Shown: positions 1-12,747, counted from the stretch's first letter. The stretch is 64,000 bases of DNA from Camelus dromedarius (GCF_036321535.1 NC_087436.1:24740001-24804000); one strand, 5' to 3'. Program-made: numbers and translations. Notes: generated from the sequence alone by a model not told the origin.

Positions 1-2637
1 TATGTCACCTACACATGATTGCTATACATGTTATGACTCTTGCATTTAATGAGTATGTTAAGTGATGTTACTCTCATAATTCAAAGGGACAGTATGCAAA
101 GCCCTGTGAATTTCAGGAAACTGCAAAGGAATGATGAATTCCACCTGTCTTCCTGGCACAGAGCTTGGCTTCAAGTTTTCTGTGTTAAGGGACCTGCGCT
201 GTCACATTTATGTTGATTGACTTCTCATGTCTTTTCAGTGGATGAAAAAAATATCTGCTTTAGTATTTTTGGTCTTTGATTTCAGTGATCAGATTGCTGG
301 TATCTTGAAAAATCCTCAGGATTTGGCTGGGAGTTACGTTTCTCCCAGTGCATCTCCCTAAGTTCTTATCTACCTCTGTCTCTTCCATTCTTGTTTTTCT
401 GGCGTCTCACTTTAACCTTATATGAACATGAGAGGTAATAAATTTTGATTGTGTTGAATTTTAGGAGGGAGGGAGAGAGGCACAATTTGGGGGAATGCTA
501 TTTTAGTAGAACATCTTTATGCTGAGGTCTTTCAAAGGGTTATGGCCTTATGGCTGGAAGTTGAATAGAGTTGAGCTTCTTCTGTTGATAACTGGCCATT
601 CCCTGTTTGAAATCAGGCACAGATGCGTTGGCTGCAGGCAACTGATGTGATTTTACAGGCTGATCTGATAGTTGAGAATATTCATATATTGGAAAGATGT
701 CTGTGACTGCTGTGGGGAACCTAGCAAAAAAAAAGAAAAAGAAGACAGTAATTTCTGCTCTGGAATAAGCAAATTCTGTGTTTGGATATTTCCATTAGAT
801 TTATTGTCATGATTATTTTAAATACTCTCACGTAGATTAAATGAAGAATGCATTTTGCCTTTCATCGCAATGACACTGGTGATATGTGGTCCCTGATTTT
901 GATCAGCTGAGGCAGTGCCATGTGAGAGAGAGCAATGCGATAATAAATGAGAAGGCAGCAAAGATAAACTGCCCTGTCCTGCCCACTCACCTCCATCCTT
1001 TAAACACAGATTGACTCCAGGACATGAAAGGACTGCCAAGTAGTTAACCTGCACAAACAGCAGTAGAGCTGCAGCAGGTGAACTGTCCTTTGATGAAAGC
1101 ATCTCAGTGCCTCTTTAATTATATCCCCAAGGATTCACATATCTTAACAACCAGAATGGCCACGTGGCCGGGACCACGTGGAAAAGAAGTGAGAAGGATC
1201 AGAAACCAGCAGATTAAATTACTCAGAGACTGTGGTTCTCAGGACTCTAACAAAAGATAGGGAAGAAATCTGAGTATAATAGGGAGAAAAATCACAAAGC
1301 GTCTTAATATTCAATTAATAATCAGATTCCCCACCTTCCTCCAAACTTGCTGTGCCCCACATAACTCAAGAATTGAATTTTTATAATTGAAAAGATTCTA
1401 GGATGAAGTGTGCACTTGTCCACTTTCCCAATGGGGGAAAAGACACATAGAAAGACTCATTTACAGTACTGACCTATGGCTCTGAATGGCAAAATTGAGT
1501 GATATCAAATATGAGTATTTCTCGAGTCATAGGAGTCTGTAATGATACCACAAGCAATGGGGCCTCATTTACCATTTAAAAAATATTGTATAAAAATGAA
1601 ATACTGTGAATGGTACTACAAAATACAGTGTCATCTGGCACACAATTGGCGCTCAATAATTAGCTGAATCAAAGGTGATGTGGACTATGCAACCCAACCC
1701 TATAATTTAGGACAACCTAATTTGGCTCAGTATATTTCAGTTCAGTTTAGCAACGATTTACTACCAATTATTTGCAAGGCACTGTGATGGGGCCTGCAGA
1801 AAATAATAAGATACAATCTGGTGGTGGTGGTGGTGGAGGTGATGGCCAGCATAAGATAGTAAACAAATGTAATGTCTATAAAAGAGGCCATATTAGCTTC
1901 ACAAGAGAGTGAACTAAAAAGTCGACCCAAAGAACATGAAGCAGATATGTGAATATTACATCCAGAGTACAGGTGATAGATGCCACCAAGTGATGGTCAC
2001 TGGTTGTGTTCACTCAGTTGAGCATACTGAGGGTCAGACAAGATCGAGCCCAATGCATATTTGTAGCCCAGAATGAGTAGATGGTGGTTTTAGGGAACTT
2101 TTCTCTTGTAAAGGCTGCTGCTTGGGCCAGTGGGATGAGCACATGCGTTTTTTTTTTGCCCAGCTGACCAGCATTCAGACCTACTTCCACTAACAGTTAA
2201 CATTATGAAAATTGGTAAATCTCTCTGATTCTTAATTCTTTTATTTCTGACAGAGAAATAATATTCCTATTAATATGAATTTGCAGGGTGATTGGAAGGA
2301 TTCAGAGAGAATACATATACTATATTTAACACATCTGGCACAAAGAAGGCTCCTAGTAAAGATCTCTTCTCCATCTATCTCCCTTCTTGGACAAAGTAGG
2401 CTTACACAAGTCAATCTATTCATCTGATGCTGTTGCCAAGGAAAAGGGTAGGAACTCTTTTCTGAGCTCTTTACTTTTTAGTAGTGCTAAAGAAACTTAA
2501 GAAAAGAAAATTAAGAATGTGCAAATAATGCAGTGGATGTTTCCCGAGATGAAGAGGACCCAATATACCGAACAGTGTATTGTCTGTATTTGCAAAACTT
2601 AGCGTTGATAATCAGAGATTTATTTCAAGCCTCTTTT

Positions 2638-2681
2638 TTTTTTTTTTAAATTGTAGTCAGTTACAATGTGCCAATTTCTGG
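2638..2681 (-). mobile_element. Ultra-short 5'-truncated L1 3' end
   Basis: Poly(T) then AATTGTAGTCAGTTACAATGTGCCAATTTCTGG, matching the other L1 3' ends here. Flanked by TSD TTCAAGC(C/T)TCTTTT at 2624-2637 and 2682-2695. Confidence 0.75.
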
Positions 2682-3963
2682 TTCAAGCTTCTTTTGCACA
2701 CATGATCTAAAATTTCCCTTATTCACTGTTGATTTATATTTGAAAAGTAGCCAGCTTCCGATTATGAATTTGTTTGATAAATATTTTATTCACAGTATAG
2801 CTTATATCATTTTCATTTCCTTCAATATTTACATATGTTTTTCTTTTTTGCAAAAATTGAGTAACAGTCTACCTATGACTGAAGGTGGTGGTAGATTACA
2901 TTTCTGAGTTTGTTCTGCCTGGAGTCTGAGGCTCTTTTAGGTGCTAAATGCGTTATGTTTTGTAGTTTTCCCTCACATCTTATCCTGAAAGTTTCTAGTT
3001 TCTCTTTCTTTCTGGAAGGTTTTCTTGAAATACAGATTCCTCCTTGTTTCCATATTTTTCTTTTTTTTCCTTCTAAGATTCTTATTGAAGACAACCAGAT
3101 TGCAAACTCCCTGAAGGAAGTCTTTATGTCTTAAATCTCTTTGCTCAACAAATATTTACTCATATGCCAAAAGCCCAGGGAAGTCTCTAGTAAATCAACT
3201 GTACCATTTGCAACATTTGAGTCTGTGTTCTAGTCACCAAAGCATTACTCATCATGGGACCTTGTTTCTAATTCTCCTGATGAGGCAGAAAACCATGAAA
3301 CACTGTACTTGGGAAAAGTCACAGCAAATGGATATTTTCATTCATTTTATACAGTATGTATATTCATTTGTAGACTTCGAAAATTCAATAGATTACTTAG
3401 TATTTATTTAAATACAATATTTTCCTATTTTCCTTATTTAAATAAGAACAGATTTCTCTTCTTTTTGCCTCCTTTTCTCACACCCCACCCCTTCTTTCTT
3501 CCTTCCTTTTTGCCTTACTTAGATCATTTCATGAAGGTGGAAGTTATACCATCACCGTGGCTAATCTTCCAAGATTCACTGCATTGCTTGCTCCAAATAT
3601 TTTTCCTCCACATTACTCACTTCTTATAGCTATGTCTCATTTAAATGGAATCATGTACAAGTGAAAAATAAGTGGCAATCCACCTTATTTTTATGCCATC
3701 CTCTCTTAAGAAGTACACTGTAAATTGAGAGTCTATATTTTATTACATAACACGTATTTATTGAACACTTATATGCTGGGCACTGGGCTAGTTGCTGGAA
3801 ACATAGCTGTGAGCAGGAATCCCATGAATGAGAGCTCGCAGCTAGAGAGCAAGGGTTTTCCAGGCCCAGGGAGTTCATATTCAGTCACGGTGTTTGAAGT
3901 ATATTTAACTTCACAGTTAGAGGAGTATGGATTAGGACTTCTGGTTAAATAAATCCCTGCTCA

Positions 3964-4412
3964 ACTACTCAGCCATAAAAAATAATGAAATAATGTCTTT
4001 TGCAGCAACATGGATGGATCTAGAGGTGATCATACTAAGTGAAGTAAGTCAGAGAAAGACAAATACCATATGATATCACTTATATATGGAATCTAAAAAA
4101 ATGATACAGATGAACTTATTTACAAAACAGAAATAGACTCACAGACATAGAAAACAAATTTATAGTTACTAAAGAGAAAGGGGGGGAGGGATAAATTTGG
4201 AATTTGGGAATTAACAATACACACACTATATATATATATATAAAATAGATGAACAACAAGGACCTACTGTATAGCACAGGGAACTATATTCAATTTCTTA
4301 TAGTAAGATATAATGGGAAAGAATCTGAAAAAGAATGTATTATATGTATGTGTAACTGAATCATTTTGCTGTACACTTGAAACGTTGTAAATCAACTATA
4401 CTTCAATAAAAA
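3964..4412 (+). mobile_element. L1 3' fragment (ORF2 end plus 3'UTR, cetartiodactyl type)
   Basis: TACTCAGCCATAAAAAATAATGAAATAATG...GCAGCAACATGGATGGATCTAGAG...GTATAGCACAGGGAACTATATTCAA...AATCAACTATACTTCAATAAAAA. Confidence 0.9.
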
Positions 4413-5968
4413 TTTTTTTTAATCCTATTCACATTATCAGTAATGAGAAGAAAACTTTTCCCCTTATGTTTCGGCATGAATTAGCAGAAAAATTATTAAT
4501 CATTTAAACCCAAATTTTAAAAATCATTTAAACTTCCTCTCATTCAGACAAACTTTCCTCATCCGTTAGAAAAACTGACCACCCTGACTGCCCATGACTG
4601 AACACAACCTGGAGACTCTGAAGAGTTACCCTTGTTGAGAAGTTGGTGGTAATAGTTCTCTAACAGGCATTCTTAATAAATGATAAAAGTAACCTTTTAA
4701 ATACTTAAATCATTTTGCTGCCAAGGGCATTTAATCAGGCCCATTGCCAAATGCTAATTAATGATACAAGTGGAAGATTTTATTTAAATTTGTTATATGA
4801 ATATGTGGAAATATAAATAGAAACTGCCAATGGAGAGAAATTTGTCAAAGGTGGGATGTGTCGGGTGAAGGAACAAACACCAAACTTTTAAATAATAGAC
4901 CTGCTGTGTTACAGAAGATAATTGAAATAGAAACCTTGCCTAGAAGGTAATTATTTGCAAAAAGCTTTTTGTAATTTAAAGTATTCAAACTACTGAAAAA
5001 TATAGCAAATCATGAGAGTATTGTAGGCTAACACTTTTTAAATGGGACGAATTCAACTCAGTAGTGAGAGAGGTAGGTTATGGTGAGACGTATGGTAGAA
5101 AGGCCATCTCTTTCCTTGAATGTATTTGCTTATTCAGTGTTTATACTTCCAGTTGGTGTTAGTCCTGAGTTTATTTCCAGCACCAGCTGCTGCTGATGTC
5201 ACGTCTTTCTGATTTGCAAAGCAAGTTTATGGTAGGGCTATGGTATTACCAATGGCTAATGGCTAACAAGATTTCTTACCCACTAAGTGAGGCGATGAAA
5301 TACTGCTCAATCCAGGTATGTCTGGGTATTTATCAACGTTTTCCACTGGGAAGCCTCGTGGTTTGTCTTTTTGCCACTCATCCTCCTGATATGTACCGAT
5401 GGCTTTATTGTGGATTCAAACTATTGAGTTAGCTGACTGCAGAAGATACACCTAAAGTTAAGAGAGCAGTGGGGGCTACAGGCTGTTCTGTCCTTCCTGG
5501 ATGTGAACAGAAATGGAAAAGTCTATATATATATTTTTTTCTTGTGTTAGTGGAAAGATTGGATCTATAGATCTCCAAACTTGAGTTGGCAACTAGCCAC
5601 TTAATTTAATGAAATGGGTTATTCTGGTTAAAGAAACAAGTACTTTGAGTCAAGGAACAGTTTATAATGGTCAGTTTGATGGGATCCACTCGGTGAGGTA
5701 CAGAAATAGTAACGAGGGGCTGTGAGTAGTTGCCACACTGAACAACAGGGCAGGATTCAATCTGCTCTATTCCGCTTGCTTCTGAGACTTCCCAATTTAA
5801 TGCCTTTGTTTATGTGAATGTCCCATCCTAGAGGGAGCTTTCCCCACTTCACTCCCCTCTTTACATTCATCCATTACAACCAGCTCAAAATTCCAGGTTC
5901 ACTGGAAAAACCTTAGCGCACTCTATCTAGAATTGATGTCTCATTCCGCTGAAGAAAGACATCGAATA

Positions 5969-5971
5969 CAT

Positions 5972-6014
<43 letters not shown>

Positions 6015-6067
6015 TTTTAGTGGTGCATGCTAAACATGTGTTCTACCACTGAGCTATTTCCTTCCCC
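5969..6067 (-). mobile_element. Internally deleted tRNA-Ala-derived SINE with (TTTA)n tail
   Basis: (TTTA)n at ~5970-6017, then GTGCATGCTAAACATGTGTTCTACCACTGAGCTA (reverse complement of the SINE head). Confidence 0.75.
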
Positions 6068-6152
6068 ACTTATTAAATCCATTTAAAATCCACTGGATAA
6101 ATGGCACTTATTGCCTAGAGTCATGTGACTGACACTTGTGATATACTATATA

Positions 6153-6295
6153 TTTTTTTAAGGTTTATTTATTTATTTATTTATTTATACTGGAGGGGAG
6201 GTAATTAAGTTTATTTATTTATTTACTTTTTTTTCAGAGGAGATACTGGGGATTGAACCCAGGACCCCGTGCATGCTAAGCATGTGCTCTACTAC
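6153..6295 (-). mobile_element. tRNA-Ala-derived camelid SINE (Vic-1 like), 5'-truncated
   Basis: GGGGAGGTAATTAAGTTTATTT...TACTGGGGATTGAACCCAGGACCCCGTGCATGCTAAGCATG; B-box on the minus strand. Confidence 0.85.
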
Positions 6296-6869
6296 TTTTT
6301 TGTAAGTGCTTGGATTCCTATCTCTTCAGATCAGATTTCATATTCAGGGAAGGCAGGGATGACATCTTTGCATTCCCCACATCTTTGCACAGTGCCCAGC
6401 TAAAGAAATAACACAGCAAATTCTGTTGATAGATCAGTGAATGAACACAGAGGGTTGAACTCAAACCTCCAGTGTCATAGATAAGCTGGTGACTGAAGTG
6501 TGTGATTCTCACCATGAAGGCAAGCTGCCCTGTTCCTCCCCTCTTCATCGTGGCTTTAATGCCAGAAAGGGGCTAGGATGCATCTCATTAAGTGAAACAT
6601 TAACTTTTTACCACACATCCAAGTGGTATAAACATCTGGGACTGCTCAAGATAGATACATTCAAATCTGCATTACCAAACAGCTACAAAATGCCTGACAA
6701 GGCTTTTCAGTGTTTCTTTTTGCTTACACAAGATCTCAGTCAACATTTGGGTTCTTGTAAGTGCGGGGTGATGTAACTCCCTTGGCATTACAAGGAGATC
6801 GTATTTTCAGCTACTCATCTCAAGACCTGCATCTTCTACCTGGAACCCTAGGGATGAAATAGACCTTAC

Positions 6870-6965
6870 AGACCTCTTCCCTTTACTGAGGAGGAAAGTG
6901 AGGCTTACAGAGTTTAAAGGACTTGCTCAAGGTCACTCAACTTGTTAATGACAGAGCAAACTCAA
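6870..6965 (-). mobile_element. MIR fragment
   Basis: GAGGAAAGTGAGGCTTACAGAGTTTAAAGGACTTGCTCAAGGTCAC core. Confidence 0.7.
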
Positions 6966-7334
6966 AGAGTTTCTGCACTTGTTCCACCACCGTCTGAATA
7001 CAGTATAATTCCAGACAGCTGCTTTATTTGACCATCAGATGTAGACCAAACCTTTAATTTGGAGGGCTCTTTTGTATGCTCTCTCTATATCATATTGAGC
7101 TATTTTGATCTTCATATATCAAACCTTGAGTGCCCCTGTCAATTTCACAGATGAGGAGACTGCATCACATAGAAGTTAAAGTGGTTTGACGTCAGCAGCA
7201 ACTAAGCCCAGACAAGAATTGATGGTGACCCTTATTTGAGATTTTCTTTTGACATTTAGTTCTAGCAGAGACAAACATTTCTTTCTCTCTGCTCTTGCTT
7301 GGCTGGTCCCCCTTGGGACCAATAACAAGCATTT

Positions 7335-7642
7335 ATTATCATTATTTTAAAAAAAGGTTTATTGCAATGTAGTTGATTTACAGTGTTAGTTTCAGGTGTA
7401 CAGCAAAGTTACTCAGTTTCATATATACATACATATATATTTTCTTTTCAGATTCTTTTTCATTATATGTTATTAAAAGAAGTTGAATATAGTTCCCTGT
7501 GCTATACAGTAGGTCCTTGTTTATTTTATATACAGTAATAGTAACATGTGTCCGTTAATTCCCAACCCCTGATTTATCCCTCCCCACCCTTTCCCCTTTG
7601 GTAACCCTGGTTTGTTTTCTATGTCTGTGAGTCTGTTTTTGG
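7335..7642 (-). mobile_element. L1 3' fragment with TSD
   Basis: L1 3'UTR reverse complement (TAGTTGATTTACAGTG...TTCCCTGTGCTATACAGTAGGTCCTTG). Exact 14-bp TSD AATAACAAGCATTT at 7321-7334 and 7643-7656. Confidence 0.9.
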
Positions 7643-8387
7643 AATAACAAGCATTTTTATTGAAAATTGTTACTGGGACTCCTCACCCATCTGTGGATAC
7701 AAAGCAAGGTCTGGGGACAGCGAGGACCCTGGCTCCTGCTCCTATCCCTTCTCTCTCCTGCAGGGCATGGAGCTGGTCTGCAAAGACCTCTCCAAGTGTG
7801 TAGGGGCTCCCAAGGGAAGTCTGGCATGTGCTGACAACTGAATTTTCAGTTTTAGAAATCAAGCTTTCCTTGCTTTCTCTGACGATCCCTTAACTGCAGC
7901 CCTCAATGCCTTCTGGGGTGTGTTCCATTGCCATTTCTAATGGTGGCAGCTGTGAGGCCACCAATACTTATGTCCAGTGCTGTCTTTGGCTTATTCTAAT
8001 GATGCCGGTCTTTAGGTTTCCAAGCAGAGATAGATTCCACTCAGAAAAGAAGAATGGCTCTCTCCCCATTTCTTTGCCTTGCCTTACTATTTGGGCCTTA
8101 AAACATCATGACTTGGGTCTACAGTCACAAAAAGTCTGCTAAGAAAACAGCTCCTTCAGACTGTGGCCCTAATTCCTCCCTGTTGGGGGTACACGATGAA
8201 GTCAAATGTCAGGGTCTGGACAGGTCCCATTATTATCGTCCCTGACTTCTTCATTTCTTCTCCCTCATTCCCAAACCCTCCCAGACTCCCCTACAACAAA
8301 AAATAACATTCCTTCCCCTCCTTCAGCAAAACACCAAAAGAATCCTGTGTATGAACTCACGCAAACAGTCGTGGGAAAGAGTCACAG

Positions 8388-9537
8388 TGTTGCCAATAGA
8401 TGCAACCTGTGTTCCAGGTTCTTGTCCCATCCCAGAAAGAATTCAGAGACAAGATTTAGAGGTTACAAATGTAAAGTGAGGATTTATTAAAGGATGGATA
8501 GTACACTCTCAGGGAAGAGCGGGCAGGCTCAGGTGAGCGGCTGCCCTGAGTTTCTTTGGCAAGTTAGCTACATAGGGTGTAAAAATGAATGGGCGGAATA
8601 TTCATTGGGGAGGGAAGGGTTTGGGGTCGTATTCCCTGATTATCATCCCAACTCCACCTTCCCAAAGGGAGGAGGGATTTTTGTCCTTATTTAGTCTGGA
8701 TTGGAAGTGTCATGGCTTCGGTGCATGATGGATACTTCTGATCTGCAAGGCTAATTTTATTGAAATGAGGGCATAATGAGCAAAAGGTTACATTTGGACA
8801 CTAGAAATTCCTGCCTTTTCTCACCTTTCTTTGTTCTTCTTCAGGCCACTTGTCATTCCAAAAGGCATGATCCCTTATCAGCCCCAAGGTTCCTGCTTTT
8901 CTTTCTCTGCCCAAGGACCCCTGCTGCTTACATGATGTGTGGTTTCCGGCATTTGGCCTGTGCCCCTCCTTTCTGCCCAATTCCTGCCATTTGGTCTGTG
9001 TCCCCCTTTCTCTGCTCATATCTAGCTATCTGCCTGCTCTTGTGAAGGAAAAGCCGGGCTGGGCTAATAAGATAACTCCCAAGTCTAGGAATGTGAAAGA
9101 AAGGCAGGGCTGGGCTAACAAGAAAAGCCAGATAACTCACAAATCTAAGTATTGGAATACTGATCTGAGTTCTGCTGGACTAACTCGTAAATCTAAGTTA
9201 ATTAGTGTTGGTTTGCTGATTCCCTGTTCATGTTTTTTTTTTTTTTGCTAGCCAGCTGGATTTTCAATTAGATATATCTGGCTTTGGAATGTTGGTTTGC
9301 TGCCTCCCTGCCTCCACTTTTGTGATAATGATGCTGCTAAAGCTGTTCCATGCCTATTGGCTGAATACCCCAAGCTTGTACTTAACCCTATAAAACTTCA
9401 TGTGCACGTCTTGGAGGTGCTCAGAGCTTCGGAGCAGAAGCCCCTCTGAGCCCACCGGCATAATACATCCGAGTACTCCAACCCTCCGAGTGGTGCTTGT
9501 TTCTTGGCTGGCCTGTCATTTCCGTAACACTCTGACA
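8388..9537 (-). mobile_element. ERV1-class solo LTR (outer), interrupted by a second LTR
   Basis: TG...CA termini (8388 TGTTG; 9534-9537 GACA). 4-bp TSD ACAG at 8384-8387 and 9538-9541. Minus-strand AATAAA at 8483-8488. Confidence 0.85.
9041..9529 (+). mobile_element. ERV1-class solo LTR (inner, nested)
   Basis: TGTGAAGG...CCGTAACA. 4-bp TSD CTCT at 9037-9040 and 9530-9533. TATAAAA at 9389-9395, variant poly(A) signal AATACA at 9462-9467, U3 direct repeats GGGCTGGGCTAA x2. Confidence 0.85.
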
Positions 9538-9644
9538 ACAGGTCCTGTTGTTTCTCGGACGAAAGGGCAACACATAGCAGTGAAACTTCTTGCTCCTCTT
9601 GTTTTCAGATTCCTACCCTGTACCCGTATGTTGAAAGACATGAT

Positions 9645-9810
9645 CATATTTAATTCTCACAACAACTGAAAGTTAACACTATTATTCCCAATTAGAGTGA
9701 GGAAACTGAAGCTCAGAGGGATTAAGTTAGGGGTAAGGAACTTGCCCAAGTCAGGCAATTATAAGTAAAATATCTCAGATTTCAACCCAGGTCAGGCTGA
9801 CTCCTCAGCT
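9645..9810 (-). mobile_element. MIR fragment
   Basis: TTTAATTCTCACAACAAC...GAGGAAACTGAAGCTCAGAGGGATTAAG...ACTTGCCCAAG. Confidence 0.75.
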
Positions 9811-11218
9811 TTGATGTCAAATAGCCGCTCATCAAACTTCAGGGTGTGTAAGGTTCACCTGCGGTGATTGCTAAGAAAGCAAATCCCTGGGCCCCAACCT
9901 CCCAGGGCCCAGCCATTGTCATCACCCCAAGAGATTCAACTGCAGGAGACAATGAGATAGTCCAGTGTGAAGGGCTGGGGTGCCCGGAGCAGAGCCAGCT
10001 CTGCTAATGTAAATGCAATGGGACTTTATACCAACCTTGACCCACCCCACTGTTTCTGCTTGAGCTCTCTCATCTGGGGCAAAGGTCACATAGATTGTTA
10101 ACATCCCCGTTCAGGAGTGCACTTGGATGAACACAGCATTTCCTCAGGTCCTCAGAATAGGGCATTTATTTAAAGATTGCAGATACCCTGGTATCTTCAC
10201 AGATCCACCAATCTGTGGGCTTCGAAGTCCTGGAACCAGCATTTTTACCATGTCCCTCCCTGGATATTATGCATAATCAATACTAGTTATAAAAACAAAC
10301 AAACAAACAAACAAACAAACATAAAAGCCAGGAACAGAGTCAGAAATAGCTCTTGCTACACTGTTTCCAATATTAGTCTGTGTTTGAATGGTAAATAATT
10401 GGGAGAAAAAATATGACCAAAGGCATCTCTAGGCATTGTTTCAGTTAAATTTGTCATCTGGGCTGTGCTTACCTGTTCAAATCAACACAATAGAGAGGAT
10501 GGTGATGATAACACTGTAAGAAACAGACAAAATCAGAGCCTCTTAGAGTAACCCCCTTCTTCCCCCCATCAGTGAAGTATGCATTTCCTCGCAGTTTATC
10601 CCCTTAGGCTTTCAAAGCAGATCCTGGGGACTGAGGTCCTGTGAGAATACAATTGATTGAAACTGCAAGAATTTTGGAGCATAAGGCCTGGAATTAATTA
10701 GCATCCTTAAAACAGCAGCACTAGGCCCTTGAATTTTTGGAACATATGAATGGTAACTGTTGATTTCTCAACCCAAAGCAGAACATCTGTTCTTCTGCAG
10801 AGAGTCGAGCAAAGATTGCAATGCAGAGTCAGGTGGGGGTGGCGTTGTTAGGAAATGTTCGTATCATAGCTGTCCATTTGGATTTATTATTAGACAGCAC
10901 TGAGTATAATTGCTTTCTCAAGAATTTTTAGATGTCTGACACATACACTGTACGTCTTGTGGAATTTTATTGGTCCTTCATCCTCTGTGAAGTTATTCCA
11001 ATCTGAAACGCACATAAGAAGTATCTGTAAAATGTAACAGTTTGTATTCAGAATTTTACATTAAACACAATTTATTAATTCCCATCGAGATATACTGTTT
11101 GTTATCTTGCCTGCTTGGATCTCTGGGAGATACATACAAGTCAGCAAAGAAAGGAAAGGAAGAGGATAAAGCAAACGAAAGGAACGGATACAGATTAAGT
11201 TGTTTCTCAAGAAGTAAA

Positions 11219-11400
11219 TGACTAGATCTGAAAGTAACAATGAGGTAACAGGGAAGAAAAGTCAAAACTTAAAAATAAACAATTATTTTGACTAGATCTA
11301 AGACTAAGATAACAATGTTATCTTAAAAAGTGACTAGATCTAAGAATAAGCTAAAATGTGGTAACAGCAAAGTCAAAACTTAAAAATAAACAGAATTATT
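11219..11400. repeat. Local imperfect tandem duplication with internal palindrome
   Basis: TGACTAGATCT x3, AAAGTCAAAACTTAAAAATAAACA x2, and TAAGATAACA-A-TGTTATCTTA at 11305-11325. Confidence 0.8.
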
Positions 11401-11539
11401 AAAGATATTAAGTATAGAGGCTCATCTAGTGTACACATAAAGTTACATCTTTTTTTTTTTTAAATCGTTCTTTCATTTTCATTTTAACTCAAGGCATCAG
11501 AGAGACCTTGGATGCATCCCAGCGTGCCCACATACTTGT

Positions 11540-11700
11540 TCTCTGATCTTTGGGAAGTTATTTAAATTTCCTATGCAAAGCGAGTTTATGTAAAATGGAG
11601 ATAATTCCTTCCTTGCAGGGTCATTGTAAGGATGAAAATGAAGTAATGCGTGGAAGGGCGGACCAATGTGCTTGACGTAGAAGGTATTTAAAAATGCGGA
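11540..11700 (+). mobile_element. MIR fragment
   Basis: TGGGAAGTTATTTAA...TGTAAAATGGAGATAAT...CAGGGTCATTGTAAGGATGAAATGA. Confidence 0.65.
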
Positions 11701-12747
11701 TTACTTCTCTTCTTCCTCCTCTGTCTAGGAGCAGCTATGCAGCTGATATTTTTATGCTCAGACTTGAGAGAATTGGATTACTTAGTTGCTGCTTCACTAA
11801 ATTAATTGGCAAGCAAACGGCTGACTACATTAATTTTCTGTCCAGTGTTCTGCAAACAAACACGGTTCCTTGTTACGAGCTAAAGTGGGTGGAGGTGGGT
11901 TCCATTAGGAGTGAGGAGCTAGGTGATGCTTGAAAAGCAGATTCATTTTCATTTTTATGAACTAGTTATGTTTTTTATTTCATTGTTATCAAAAGGAAAA
12001 ATCGAAATGTTGTGGCCTTCATTTTTGTTTCACTTTCTGCTATAGTTGCGGACACCTGAAGCAGCCTCCGAAGTCTGCGGGGGTGGGGGTGGGGGGCGCC
12101 GGGGGCGGTGCCACGGCAGGTGGTGGGAAGGGTTTAGGGACAGGACGTGTGACCTGGGAGAGAGCACTCGCTCTTATTGCCTTAGGAGCCCTAAGCTCCT
12201 TTTGTCTTGGGATGACTCTTTTTTCCTTATAAGGGCTGATATGTTGGTAGGCTTTAAAAATACTAAAAATGCTTCCACGTTAGTATTTTCAAATTTTATA
12301 AACTACGAAGTTTATTATAAGGTGTAAAGGAGACTATTGAGTGTGAAGTGGAAGGAGAGCCGTCAGGAACTAGACCTAGATCATTAGAGTCATTAGCAGC
12401 TTGGCTTTTTCCATTTATACTTTAGTGGTTCGACTTCTGGAGTTACACTTAGTTGGCTTTATGGTGAATGATTAACGCTGTTGTGGGTACAGTCAGCCTC
12501 TCTGACTTCTCTAACGGGCTTCCAAATTATGCCACTTATTAATTAAATTAAATCAGCCTCATGATTTTATTTCTATAGCCTCTTTTTAGTGGTGAGCACC
12601 GTCTCTGTGGTAAGAAAGCTTGAAAGAGTTTGGATTTTACCTGGCGATTGTTAGCTGCATTTTCCTTAGCACCTTTGTCATCACGGCTAGGAATCAGAAT
12701 TCCTCTTTACCAGGAAGAGATTAAATTAGAAAAAAATGTTAAATAAC

